From: Parcubacteria group bacterium
GTDB lineage: Bacteria > Patescibacteriota > Patescibacteriia > Buchananbacterales > UBA6539
Length of the DNA stretch: 64,000 bases
Assembly: GCA_002687175.1 (NCBI GenBank)
Contig: NYZP01000034.1
Coordinates: 27,951 to 91,950 of the forward strand
Direction: 5' to 3'
Shown: positions 26,811 through 36,796 of the stretch, one piece after another
Numbering within the stretch: the stretch's first letter is position 1
How the letters are laid out: every line of letters begins with the position of its first letter
Translations under genes and position numbers: made by a program
The notes under the pieces: generated by a model
The model's input: only the letters and a program-made list of their open reading frames with translations
Database searches by the model: none
What the model was told of the DNA's origin: nothing

Positions 26811-27158
26811 ATGGTTCCTAAAAGTTTAAACAAAAATAAATCAACAAATAGATCATCTCAGTCGCCTCAGTCGACTAACCAACAAATTTTGGAGCTCAGG
26901 AAATTGGTAGAAGAAAATTTAGAAGTTTCAAAAAAGTTGTTAGAGACTAATGATAAACTTAGGCACTGGATTATTTTTCAACGTATTTGGACAGTGTTAA
27001 AATTATTAATAATTATCGTACCGTTAATTTTAGGAGCAATTTATCTACCGCCTTTACTAAGCCAGGCGATAGAACCTTATAAAGAACTCTTAAATCTGGG
27101 TCAAGGGGCTGATAGTTTAAATTTTATTGATCAGCTAAATGAAAAAATTAATCAGTAG
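26811..27158 (+). CDS. Hypothetical small membrane protein
   Basis: One TM helix 'LKLLIIIVPLILGAIYLPPLL'. Confidence 0.3.
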   Translation: MVPKSLNKNKSTNRSSQSPQSTNQQILELRKLVEENLEVSKKLLETNDKLRHWIIFQRIWTVLKLLIIIVPLILGAIYLPPLLSQAIEPYKELLNLGQGADSLNFIDQLNEKINQ

Positions 27159-27486
27159 TCAGTCAACTACAAGTTTGAGTGATTTTACTAAATTTGAACA
27201 ACAGGTCCTAAAATCAGTTAATCAGATACCAATTGGAAAAGTGACGACATATGTCTATTTAGCTCAAGCAATTAATAATTCAAAGGCTTCCAGAGCAGTG
27301 GGTAATGCCTTGCATAAAAATCCTTGGGCACCAAAAGTTCCTTGTCACCGAGTAGTCAGGAGTGATGGTTTAATCGGTGGTTATGGTGGAGGAGTAAAAA
27401 AGAAATTATTACTTTTGCAAAGTGAAGGGATAGAGGTTGAAAAAAATAGAATCAAAAATTTTAAACAATTGTTATACAAGTTTTAA
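27139..27486 (+). CDS. ogt: Methylated-DNA-protein-cysteine methyltransferase (Ogt/MGMT DNA-binding domain family)
   Basis: Active-site motif 'VPCHRVV'. Confidence 0.6.
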   Translation: MKKLISSQSTTSLSDFTKFEQQVLKSVNQIPIGKVTTYVYLAQAINNSKASRAVGNALHKNPWAPKVPCHRVVRSDGLIGGYGGGVKKKLLLLQSEGIEVEKNRIKNFKQLLYKF

Positions 27487-27489
27487 TTT

Positions 27490-27888
27490 ATGTCAAAAAG
27501 AACAGTAAAAATTTTTTCGATATTTGTTGCGGTAGCTATTGTTGGCAGTTTGTTTATATATTTTTTTCGTGGCTACGGTGATAGGTTGGTTAGCAGTTTT
27601 ATTTCGGAAATAACAATCTGTGGCAATATTGTCGATGAAGAAAGTTGCCAAGAAAAAAACTTTTGTGAAGGAATCTACGGTCCTAGTTGTCCCGGCTGTG
27701 AAGACTTGGAATTTAAACGTTGTCAAAGAGTACCATTAAATGCTTTAGTCCAAATGGAAGAGGAAAAAGTTTTATGTCAGGACACGGGAGGTGAGTGGTA
27801 TACCAACAAGTTAGGAAATTTTTGTTTATGTCAACAAGCTGGGTTAAATAAAATTTTTGATAAGGAATTAGGTTGTATTAATAAATAA
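27490..27888 (+). CDS. Small Cys-rich secreted/membrane protein
   Basis: N-terminal TM, then 10 Cys in about 100 aa. Confidence 0.3.
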   Translation: MSKRTVKIFSIFVAVAIVGSLFIYFFRGYGDRLVSSFISEITICGNIVDEESCQEKNFCEGIYGPSCPGCEDLEFKRCQRVPLNALVQMEEEKVLCQDTGGEWYTNKLGNFCLCQQAGLNKIFDKELGCINK

Positions 27889-27901
27889 ATTTGGATCAAC
27901 A

Positions 27902-29003
27902 ATGAAAAATATCAGCGAAAAATTTAATGAGCTGAAAAGTAAAATTTCAGCCACACGGAGGTTACTTTGACCTTAATGGTTTAAAAAAACAGATAAAAAA
28001 GTTTGAAGATGAGATGAGTAAGAAAAATTTTTGGCAGGATCAAGAAAGAGCAAAAAGCGTAAGTCAGCAAGCTGAAAATTTAAAATTAGTGATTGAACCA
28101 TGGGAAAAATTGACTCAAGAAGTTACTGAAAATTTGGAATTTTCCCAAGAAGCTTTGGCCGAAGAAGACACTTCTTTAATTAAAGAATTAACCAAGGATT
28201 ATAATCGTTTAATCAAAAAATTTGAGAAACTGGAGTTTCTCGTTTTGTTTTCCGAAAAGTATGATGTCAACGACGTCATCTTGTCTATTCATGCTGGTAC
28301 CGGAGGAGTGGAGGCTCAAGATTGGACCGAAATGCTTTTACGAATGTACCTAAGATATTGTGAGCGAAAAAAATTAACCACAAAAATAATTGATGAGAGT
28401 CGTGGACAAGAAGCGGGGATTAAAAGTGTTACTTTAGAAATTTCTGGTGCTTATGCTTATGGAAATTTAAAATCCGAAGCCGGAGTACATCGTTTAGTGA
28501 GAATTTCACCATTTGATGCCGAGAAGATGCGCCACACCTCTTTTGCTTTAGTAGAGGTTTTGCCAGTCCTGTCCGATTTAGATCAAGTGGACATTAAGGA
28601 AAGTGAGCTAAAAATTGATACTATGAAGTCGTCCGGTCCTGGTGGTCAAGGTGTTAATACTACTGATTCAGCTGTGCGCATTACCCATTTACCATCTGGG
28701 ATTGTGGTAAAGTGCCAAAATGAGCGATCTCAATTACAGAACAAAAAAACGGCTTTGAAGCTGTTGCAGGCTAAATTAGCTAAATTGCAAGAGCAAGCCC
28801 AAGGCAAAGAATTGGCTAAAATTAGAGGAGAAATACTGGCAGCTCAGTGGGGAAACCAAATAAGGTCTTATGTTTTACAGCCCTACAAGATGGTTAAGGA
28901 TCATCGGACTAATTTTGAGACTAAAGATCCTAGCAGAGTTTTAGACGGGGAACTTGACGATTTTAGTGAAAGTTATCTAAAATACATTAACAGCGCTAAA
29001 TAG
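27902..29003 (+). CDS. prfB: Peptide chain release factor 2 with a programmed +1 ribosomal frameshift
   Basis: ORF0 '[22 protein letters not shown]' ends at the CUU UGA C site (27965-27971), preceded by the SD-like 'ggagg' (27957-61). The +1 frame continues into the annotated ORF 28014..29003, which carries the RF2 'SPF' and 'GGQ' motifs. Confidence 0.85.
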
Positions 29004-29029
29004 TAAAATATGGTAGAAATCTAATAATT

Positions 29030-29965
29030 ATGAAAATTTTAGTTACCGGTGGTGCCGGGTTTATCGGTTCACATTTATGTAAGTTTTTGATAGATCAGGG
29101 AAACCAAGTTGTTTGTTTAGACAATTTTTTCAGTGGTCAAAAAAGAAATATTGAGCCTTTTTTGAATAACTCTAATTTTGAATTAATGGAGCATGATATT
29201 ACTGTTCCCTTTGATGTTGAAGTTGAGCAAATTTACAATTTAGCTTGCCCGGCCTCACCTCTTTATTATCAAAAAAATCCAGTAGAAACTGTGCGGACTT
29301 CAGTCTTGGGAGCGATTAATGTTTTAGACCTTGCCAAAAAATTGGGCGGGATAAAAGTTTTACAAGCTTCTACTTCAGAAGTTTATGGTGATCCGGAAAT
29401 TCATCCCCAAACCGAGGAGTATAATGGCAACGTTAACCCGATTGGTCCACGAGCATGTTATGATGAGGGTAAGCGTTGTGCGGAAACTTTATTTTTTAAT
29501 TATAATCGTGAGCACAACATTCCCATTAAGGTCGTCAGAATTTTTAATACTTATGGTCCGAACATGGCCCTTGATGATGGGCGAGTAGTTTCTAATTTTA
29601 TCACCCAGGCCCTGCGGGGAAATAAATTAACTGTCCATGGTGATGGTAGTCATACTAGATCGTTTTGTTATGTATCTGATATGGTTGAGGGAATATATAA
29701 GATGATGTTATCAACTGATTTTACGGGGCCGGTTAATTTAGGTAATCCTGACGAATTTACCATAAAAGAGTTGGCCGAAAAAATTACGGCAAAACTTGAT
29801 GGCAGTATTTCTTATGACGCGGTGCCAGCTGAAGACAGAGAAGGGGATCCTGAAAGACGTAAACCAGATATTAGTTTGGCTAAGAATAAACTTGATTGGA
29901 AGCCAAATATTAAACTAGACGACGGTCTAGATAAAACTATTAATTATTTTAAAGAAGTAATATGA
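29030..29965 (+). CDS. UDP-glucuronate decarboxylase (UDP-xylose synthase), SDR family
   Basis: '[14 protein letters not shown]' Rossmann motif. 'YDEGKRCAE' is the UXS-type YxxxK region. Confidence 0.6.
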   Translation: MKILVTGGAGFIGSHLCKFLIDQGNQVVCLDNFFSGQKRNIEPFLNNSNFELMEHDITVPFDVEVEQIYNLACPASPLYYQKNPVETVRTSVLGAINVLDLAKKLGGIKVLQASTSEVYGDPEIHPQTEEYNGNVNPIGPRACYDEGKRCAETLFFNYNREHNIPIKVVRIFNTYGPNMALDDGRVVSNFITQALRGNKLTVHGDGSHTRSFCYVSDMVEGIYKMMLSTDFTGPVNLGNPDEFTIKELAEKITAKLDGSISYDAVPAEDREGDPERRKPDISLAKNKLDWKPNIKLDDGLDKTINYFKEVI

Positions 29966-30876
29966 AATCATTAGTCACTGGAGGTGCTGGGTTTATTGGT
30001 AGTAATTGCGTTGATGCTTTAATTGATAAGGGTCACGAAGTTATTATCATTGATAATCTTTCAACTGGGAAAAAAGAAAACATAAATTCTAAAGCTAAAT
30101 TTATTGAAGCTGATATAACTAATCTTGAAGAAATTAAACCTCACTTTGAAGGAGTTGATTATGTTTTTCATTTTGCCGCTTTACCGCGTGTTCAAGTTTC
30201 AATTGAAGATCCAATCAGTACCCATAATATTAATATTAACGGAACTTTAAATGTTTTGTTGGCTGCCAGAGATGCCAAGGTAAAACGTTTAGTTTATTCC
30301 GCCTCATCATCGGCTTATGGTGACAATGATCAAATGCCATTGCAAGAAGATTTTTTGCCAGCTCCAATGAGCCCTTACGGTTTGCATAAGTACGTTGGTG
30401 AACATTATGCTCGGTTATTCTCTTTGCTTTATGGTTTGGAAACTGTCAGCCTACGTTACTTTAATGCTTATGGTCCGCGGATGGCTTTTGAAGGATCATA
30501 TTTTACGGTGGTCGCTACTTTTTTATTGCAGAAAAAGCAAGGGAAAATATTAACTATCGTTGGTGACGGTAACCAGACTCGTGATTTTACTTATGTTGGA
30601 GATATAGTAAATGCTAATATTGCAGCCGCCACTAGTACTAAGGTTGGTAAAGGAGAAGTGATAAATATTGGTGCCGGGAAAAATTATTCAGTTAATGAAA
30701 TTGCTAAAAGAATCGGTGGGGAAACTACTAATATTGATCCACGTATTGAACCAAAGGACACTCTAGCCGATAACACTAAAGCCAAGGAATTACTTGATTG
30801 GCAGCCAGAGGTTGATTTAGATGAAGGGTTAAAAAATAGCATTGATTGGTTTGATTCAGTTGATTATATAAATTAA
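29962..30876 (+). CDS. NAD-dependent sugar-nucleotide epimerase/dehydratase
   Basis: '[12 protein letters not shown]' and the 'YGLHKYVGE' YxxxK motif. Confidence 0.6.
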   Translation: MKSLVTGGAGFIGSNCVDALIDKGHEVIIIDNLSTGKKENINSKAKFIEADITNLEEIKPHFEGVDYVFHFAALPRVQVSIEDPISTHNININGTLNVLLAARDAKVKRLVYSASSSAYGDNDQMPLQEDFLPAPMSPYGLHKYVGEHYARLFSLLYGLETVSLRYFNAYGPRMAFEGSYFTVVATFLLQKKQGKILTIVGDGNQTRDFTYVGDIVNANIAAATSTKVGKGEVINIGAGKNYSVNEIAKRIGGETTNIDPRIEPKDTLADNTKAKELLDWQPEVDLDEGLKNSIDWFDSVDYIN

Positions 30877-30883
30877 ATAAATT

Positions 30884-31423
30884 ATGGATAGAGACTATTT
30901 AGATCAAAGAATTCGTAAAATTCCCAATTTTCCTAAAGAGGGGATTTTATTTTATGATGTTACAACTTTATTTGAAGATGGTGAGGCTTATAAAAAAGTT
31001 ATTGATGAAATGTGCAAGAAATATGAAGGCCAACAGATTGATAAAGTTGTTGGTATTGATGCCCGTGGTTTTTTGTTGGCCTCAACCATAGCCTATAAAT
31101 TAGGTGCCGGTGTATCAGTAGTTCGTAAAAAAGGTAAGTTGCCTTATAAAACACGTTTATCTGTCTACGAGAAAGAGTATGGCCCGGACACTATAGAGAT
31201 GCATGATGACACAATTAAGCCTGGTGAAAAAGTGATTATTGTTGATGATCTGTTAGCTACTGGTGGTACGATGCTGGCTTCAATAGATTTGGTTCAACAG
31301 CTTCAGGGAGAAATTATTGGTATTGATTTTATTATCAATCTTTCTTTTTTGCCAGGAATGGAAAAACTCAAAGATTATCGGGCTCATTTTTTAATTGATT
31401 ACGACAACGAGGATATTAATTAA
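30884..31423 (+). CDS. apt: Adenine phosphoribosyltransferase
   Basis: PRPP-binding 'IIVDDLLATGGTM'. Size 179 aa. Confidence 0.75.
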   Translation: MDRDYLDQRIRKIPNFPKEGILFYDVTTLFEDGEAYKKVIDEMCKKYEGQQIDKVVGIDARGFLLASTIAYKLGAGVSVVRKKGKLPYKTRLSVYEKEYGPDTIEMHDDTIKPGEKVIIVDDLLATGGTMLASIDLVQQLQGEIIGIDFIINLSFLPGMEKLKDYRAHFLIDYDNEDIN

Positions 31424-31427
31424 AAAC

Positions 31428-32219
31428 ATGTCAGAGAAAAATATTAAAATTGGAGTGATTGGTGGTTCAGGTCTTGATGACCCTAAATTGTTAACTGATT
31501 TTGAAGAGCTTGAGGTGGATACTAATTTTGGTAAGCCATCGTCAAAATTAATTTCTGGAAAAATTGGTGATCGTCAAGTAGTATTTATTGCTCGTCATGG
31601 ACAAGGTCATACTATTTCGCCAACTAAAGTTCCGTTTCGGGCAAATATTCAGGCCTTGAAAGACGTCGGCTGTTCGCATATCTTAGCGGCCACGGCTTGT
31701 GGGTCGTTACGTGAAGAATTAAAACCCGGTGATATTATTTTTTTAGATCAATTTATTGATAATACAAAACTAAGAACCATAACTTTTTTTGAAGATTTTA
31801 AGGATAAGGTGGTTCATACTCCAATGGCTGAACCATTTTGTCATAACTTACGTCAGATATTTATTGAAGCAGCTAAAAATTTAAGTTTGTCATTTCATGA
31901 AAAGGGCACAATGGTGACCATTGAAGGTCCGCGGTTTTCCACTAAGGCCGAATCACACATGTTCCGCAGCTGGGGAGCAGATCTTATTAACATGTCTACG
32001 GTACCAGAAGTAAGCTTAGCCAGAGAGATTGGTATTTGTTACAGTTCGGTAGCGATGTCAACTGATTATGATTGCTGGAAAGAAGATGAAGAACCAGTAA
32101 CCTGGGAACAGATTAAAAAAATTATGGATCAAAATTCAGAAAATGTAAAAAAATTATTTTTGGAAGTTATACCCAAAATTAATTTTTATGACTGTAGTTG
32201 TAAAGGGACATTAGGATAA
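31428..32219 (+). CDS. mtnP: 5'-methylthioadenosine/purine nucleoside phosphorylase
   Basis: 'KIGVIGGSGL' and 'FIARHGQGHTISPTKVPFRANIQAL'. The track start 31395 overlaps apt; the ATG at 31428 is more likely. Confidence 0.65.
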   Translation: MSEKNIKIGVIGGSGLDDPKLLTDFEELEVDTNFGKPSSKLISGKIGDRQVVFIARHGQGHTISPTKVPFRANIQALKDVGCSHILAATACGSLREELKPGDIIFLDQFIDNTKLRTITFFEDFKDKVVHTPMAEPFCHNLRQIFIEAAKNLSLSFHEKGTMVTIEGPRFSTKAESHMFRSWGADLINMSTVPEVSLAREIGICYSSVAMSTDYDCWKEDEEPVTWEQIKKIMDQNSENVKKLFLEVIPKINFYDCSCKGTLG

Positions 32220-32239
32220 TCAACAATTAGAATTTTAAA

Positions 32240-33922
32240 ATGATTTTTAGCTCGCCTAAAACTCGAACCATCTTTATTGTTATTTTTTTAGTAGCGACGA
32301 TTCTACGTTTGTGGTCTTTGAGTTCAGCCGACATGTTCAATGATGAAGTTTATTATGGTTTAAGGTCGATTGGCTATATTGATTATGTTGGCCTAACCAC
32401 TCAAACTACGCCAATTGATTGGTTTGATCCTTTACCTAAATGGACTAGGCTTTCTTTTCATGATCATCCACCTCTGGTGTTTTTTATCCAACATATCTTT
32501 TTTAGTCTTTTTGGCGTATCGGTTTTTGTCACCAGATTACCGTTTGTTTTGGCCGGGTTGATTTCTATTTTTTTAATTTTTATAATAAGCAAAAAATTAT
32601 TTGATGAAAGAACCGCCTTGGTCGCTTCGGCTTTAGCAGCCATATTATCTTTGTCGGTTTGGGTTTCACGGCTGGCCTTAATGGAATCAATGGTAATAAT
32701 GCTTATTCTGATAGCTTGGTATTTATTCCTAAAAGTTTTGGAAGATAAGAAGTATTTTTATTATTGGGGCGCAGTAATTGGTCTATGTTTTTTAGCTAAA
32801 TACACAACTTTTCCCATCCTGATTGTTTTTTTAATTTATTTGGCAGTTTATAAGCGTCAGGTTTTCAAAAACTACCGTATTTATTTGAGTCTTCTGTTGG
32901 CGTTAGTTATTTTTAGTCCAGTGTTGATTTATAATATTTTACTATTTCAAAATACTGGACATTTTGATTTACAAATTGCCGCTTTTCTTAATCAAGATGT
33001 GCCTGAATGGCAAACTTTAACTGACAAGATATCTGGGGGGCCAATTGATAATTTTTTGGCTATTGGTCCGGGATTGCTGGGGGCTTTTTCTCCGGCCAGC
33101 TTGACCCTTTTAATTTTGGCGGTATTTTTCTCACTTGTTAAATGGTTGAAGCGAAAAGAGTCCAGCCCGTTTTTGTTAGTTTTATTTTTAGCATTTTATT
33201 TTTTATTATTCATTGCTATCAAATCTCCTCCACGTTTCATTACTCTTATTTTTCCTTTTGTTGTAATTTTAATTGCCTATTGTTTAACAGCGGTATGGAA
33301 TAATACTGATGGTGTGAAAAATATTTTTTTAGGTATTGGAATAGCTTTATTTTTTATTTATGAATTATTTTTTTCAATCAACACCAATTTAACTATCATT
33401 TCTTATGGTCTACCTAACATAACATTTTCGATGGTTAGACCTTTTTCTTCTGATTTTGCGGTGAGTAAGCTTGATAAATATTTAACTGATGAATTATCTG
33501 GCACAACCTCAGCGGTGATTCCACAAAGTGGCAACAATTTTTTGGATGAATTTATTGCTAATCGAGCTAACAAAGTTGATTTAAGTAAAACACCAGCTTA
33601 TACTTTGTTTGTTTATGACACTCGGCTTTCGGAAATCGTGACCCTCTGGCTTTTCGAGAGACGATTTATCTACGACGCCATTCCCACAACTTATTCTGAT
33701 GATTTTATGAAGCTACTTGATGCCAAGGGTCAAAATACTTTTAACAATTACAATATCTATTATATTACCGGTACCACTTTTGCTCAGTGGCGCCAGGCTT
33801 ATGCCGTTAAAACTCAATCAATTGAACTGGAAAATCGTTTAATTTCTCAAGGTTTAGAACCAGACATAATTTACAACAATTCAAATGTACCAATCTTTAA
33901 AGTTTATAAATTTAGTTTTTAA
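32240..33922 (+). CDS. Polytopic membrane glycosyltransferase, GT39/GT83 (ArnT/PMT-like) family
   Basis: About 12 TM helices; N-terminal loop carries the 'DE' and 'DHPPL' motifs. Confidence 0.5.
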   Translation: MIFSSPKTRTIFIVIFLVATILRLWSLSSADMFNDEVYYGLRSIGYIDYVGLTTQTTPIDWFDPLPKWTRLSFHDHPPLVFFIQHIFFSLFGVSVFVTRLPFVLAGLISIFLIFIISKKLFDERTALVASALAAILSLSVWVSRLALMESMVIMLILIAWYLFLKVLEDKKYFYYWGAVIGLCFLAKYTTFPILIVFLIYLAVYKRQVFKNYRIYLSLLLALVIFSPVLIYNILLFQNTGHFDLQIAAFLNQDVPEWQTLTDKISGGPIDNFLAIGPGLLGAFSPASLTLLILAVFFSLVKWLKRKESSPFLLVLFLAFYFLLFIAIKSPPRFITLIFPFVVILIAYCLTAVWNNTDGVKNIFLGIGIALFFIYELFFSINTNLTIISYGLPNITFSMVRPFSSDFAVSKLDKYLTDELSGTTSAVIPQSGNNFLDEFIANRANKVDLSKTPAYTLFVYDTRLSEIVTLWLFERRFIYDAIPTTYSDDFMKLLDAKGQNTFNNYNIYYITGTTFAQWRQAYAVKTQSIELENRLISQGLEPDIIYNNSNVPIFKVYKFSF

Positions 33923-33925
33923 ATT

Positions 33926-34909
33926 ATGAATAGAAGTATGCCCGCCAAAGGCGGGTCCGCCTCTGGCGGAAAACAAAAAATTCTAGTGGCCGGTAGTGTA
34001 GCTTATGATCGGATAATGAATTTCCCAGGGTATTTTAAAGATAATATCTTGCCTAATAAAATTCATATCCTAAACGTTTCTTTTTTTATTCAGGATTTAA
34101 AAGAGAGTTTTGGTGGTACTGCCGGTAATATTGTTTATACTCTAGGACTATTAGGTGTTAAGCCAACTCTGTTAGCCAACGTTGGAGCCAAAGATTTTTC
34201 AGTTTATAAAAAATGGTTTCAAAAAAATAAAATTGATATTTCTAAAGTAAAAATTGTTAAAAATCAACAAACTGCCTCAGCATATATAATTACCGATAAG
34301 GCTGATAACCAGATTACTGGATTTTATCCTGGAGCAATGAAAGATCCAATAACTAAGAGTAAAATTGATTTAGCAAAAGTTGGCTTAGCTATTGTATCTC
34401 CTCAGCACCCGGTTGATATGGTAAATCTACCAAAAATTTTTCGAGCAAAAAAAATTCCTTATATATTTGATCCTGGTCAACAAGTAGCCTCACTGTCTGG
34501 TGCTCAATTAAAAAGCGCCATTATTGGCAGCAAGGTTTTAATTGGTAATGATTACGAAATCGCTCTGATACGGAAAAAAACCAGTTTATCTATAAACCAA
34601 CTTCTTAAAAAAACTAATATTTTGATAACCACCTTAGGGGCCAGTGGATCAATGTTGCGACAAGGGAGCAATACAATTAAAATTCCAGCCGCTAAACGAG
34701 CCAATACTCTTGATCCAACTGGTGGGGGCGACGCCTATCGGGCCGGTCTGATTAAAGGGCTAGTAGATGATTTACCTCTACAAAAAGTAGGTCAATTGGC
34801 TACGGTGACAGCTGTTTATTCAGTTGAAAAATATGGCACTCAAGTCCATAAGTTTACCAAGACTGGTTTAGTCAAGAGGTATCGACAAAATTTTAAAGAA
34901 CCTATATAA
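33926..34909 (+). CDS. PfkB-family carbohydrate/nucleoside kinase (likely adenosine kinase) with an N-terminal palindromic-element-encoded insertion
   Basis: 'DPTGGGDAYRAGLIKG' ATP-site motif. N-terminal 'AKGGSASGGK' is encoded by the palindromic unit at 33941-33974. Confidence 0.6.
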   Translation: MNRSMPAKGGSASGGKQKILVAGSVAYDRIMNFPGYFKDNILPNKIHILNVSFFIQDLKESFGGTAGNIVYTLGLLGVKPTLLANVGAKDFSVYKKWFQKNKIDISKVKIVKNQQTASAYIITDKADNQITGFYPGAMKDPITKSKIDLAKVGLAIVSPQHPVDMVNLPKIFRAKKIPYIFDPGQQVASLSGAQLKSAIIGSKVLIGNDYEIALIRKKTSLSINQLLKKTNILITTLGASGSMLRQGSNTIKIPAAKRANTLDPTGGGDAYRAGLIKGLVDDLPLQKVGQLATVTAVYSVEKYGTQVHKFTKTGLVKRYRQNFKEPI

Positions 34910-34940
34910 TTATTTAGTAATTAAATAACTCCAAGTAAAA

Positions 34941-36203
34941 ATGCCACACGACGTTACTTCCCTCAAATTAGCACCTCAAGGTAAAAAAAGAATTGAATGG
35001 GCAGCTCAAGACATGCCCGTCTTAGAAGAGATAAAAGATCGTTTTACAAAGTCAAAACCCTTAAAAGGTTTAAAAGTTTCTTGTTGCTTGCACGTTACTG
35101 CAGAAACTGCCAATTTAGTTCGGGTGCTAAAGGCCGGTGGCGCTAACGTACTTTTGTGTGCTTCCAATCCACTGTCCACCCAAGATGATGTGGCGGCAGC
35201 TTTAGTTAAAAGTTATGGGATTAAAGTTTATGCCAGAACTGGTGAGGATCGGACAACTTATTATAAACATTTAGAAGCGGCTCTGAAACATAAGCCGGAA
35301 GTAACCATGGATGATGGCGCTGATTTACTGTCATTACTTCACTCCAATAAATACCAAAAACAAGCCCTACAAGTCAAAGGTTCTATGGAAGAAACCACCA
35401 CTGGGGTTATTCGTCTGCAGGCTATGGAAAAAGCGGAAAAATTGATGGTCCCGATTATTGCAGTTAACGATGCTAAAACAAAAAATATGTTTGATAATCG
35501 GTATGGCACCGGACAATCAACTTTGGACGGAATAATCAGAGCAACCGATCTTTTACTGGCTGGTAAAACAGTAGTGGTGGTAGGTTATGGTTGGTGCGGT
35601 CGGGGATTTGCCATGCGCGCTCGAGGGATGGGGGCCAATGTTATTGTAACTGAAGTTGATCAGATTAAAGGCCTAGAAGCCGTAATGGACGGTTTTCGAG
35701 TGATGCCAATGAGTCGAGCCGCCAGCGTGGGAGATTTATTCTGCACCTTAACTGGCGATATTCATGTTTTAAGAAAAGAGCATTTTAAAAAAATGAAAGA
35801 CGGAGCGACTATTTGTAATTCAGGCCATTTTGATGTGGAAATCGATATTCCGGCACTTAAAAAATTGTCTCGTAAATTTAGAAAAAATGTTCGTGATTTT
35901 GTTGATGAATATACCTTGCCCGGCAACAGAAGAATTTATTTACTAGGCCAGGGGAGACTGATCAATTTAGCCGCGGCCGAAGGTCACCCAGCCTCGGTTA
36001 TGGATATGAGTTTTTCAACACAGGTTTTAGCGACCGAGTATGTCTTGAAAAATCACAAGAAATTATTAAACAAAGTTTATTACGTTCCAGAAAAAATTGA
36101 AAATTGGATTGCCAAAGCAAAGTTAAAGTCTTTTGGTATCAGTATTGATAAGTTAACCAAAGAGCAGGAGAAGTACTTAGCCAGCTGGGATATCGGAACA
36201 TAG
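34941..36203 (+). CDS. ahcY: S-adenosyl-L-homocysteine hydrolase
   Basis: NAD site '[28 protein letters not shown]'. 420 aa. Confidence 0.8.
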   Translation: MPHDVTSLKLAPQGKKRIEWAAQDMPVLEEIKDRFTKSKPLKGLKVSCCLHVTAETANLVRVLKAGGANVLLCASNPLSTQDDVAAALVKSYGIKVYARTGEDRTTYYKHLEAALKHKPEVTMDDGADLLSLLHSNKYQKQALQVKGSMEETTTGVIRLQAMEKAEKLMVPIIAVNDAKTKNMFDNRYGTGQSTLDGIIRATDLLLAGKTVVVVGYGWCGRGFAMRARGMGANVIVTEVDQIKGLEAVMDGFRVMPMSRAASVGDLFCTLTGDIHVLRKEHFKKMKDGATICNSGHFDVEIDIPALKKLSRKFRKNVRDFVDEYTLPGNRRIYLLGQGRLINLAAAEGHPASVMDMSFSTQVLATEYVLKNHKKLLNKVYYVPEKIENWIAKAKLKSFGISIDKLTKEQEKYLASWDIGT

Positions 36204-36277
36204 ATAATGAGACCCTGAAACAAGTTCAGGGTCTCATTAAGAGAAATCAACATAGCGCCCCTTTAACGGGGGCGCTT

Positions 36278-36796
36278 TTGCTTAAGCAAAATATGATAAA
36301 AGAACGAAAATTAAATAGATATTCAAACTATAATTATAATTTACCAGGTTATTATTTTATTACGATATGTGTCCAGGATCGTATAAAGTATTTTGGAAAA
36401 ATTGGTGATGGTCGGATGATTTTAAATAAATACGGAAAAATTGCAATTAAATATTTAATGAAAATCCCAAATTTTTATACGAACGTTGCCATTGATGAAT
36501 TTGTGATAATACCAAATCATATTCACATTATTATTGAAATTAAATCCGTAGGGACAGAACAATGTTCTGTCCCTACGGGGGTCAAAAATATTAATTATGG
36601 TTTATTGTCAAAGGTGGTTAAATCCTTTAAAGACGTTACAACCAAAGAAATTCACGGTGCATTGAATGATTACCATTTTCAATGGCAACGTTCCTTTTAT
36701 GATCATATTATTCGAGATGAAAATGGTTTATATAATATTAGGCAATATATAATTAATAATCCTTCGCAGTGGAACAGAGACAGAAATAATGTTTAA
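36278..36796 (+). mobile_element. IS200/IS605-like Y1 (HuH) transposase, REP-associated tyrosine transposase (RAYT)-like
   Basis: HuH 'NHIHIIIE' and catalytic-Tyr region 'RSFYDHIIRDE'. GC-rich hairpins lie upstream at 36212-36270. A 33-bp perfect palindrome sits inside the CDS at 36546-36578. Confidence 0.6.
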
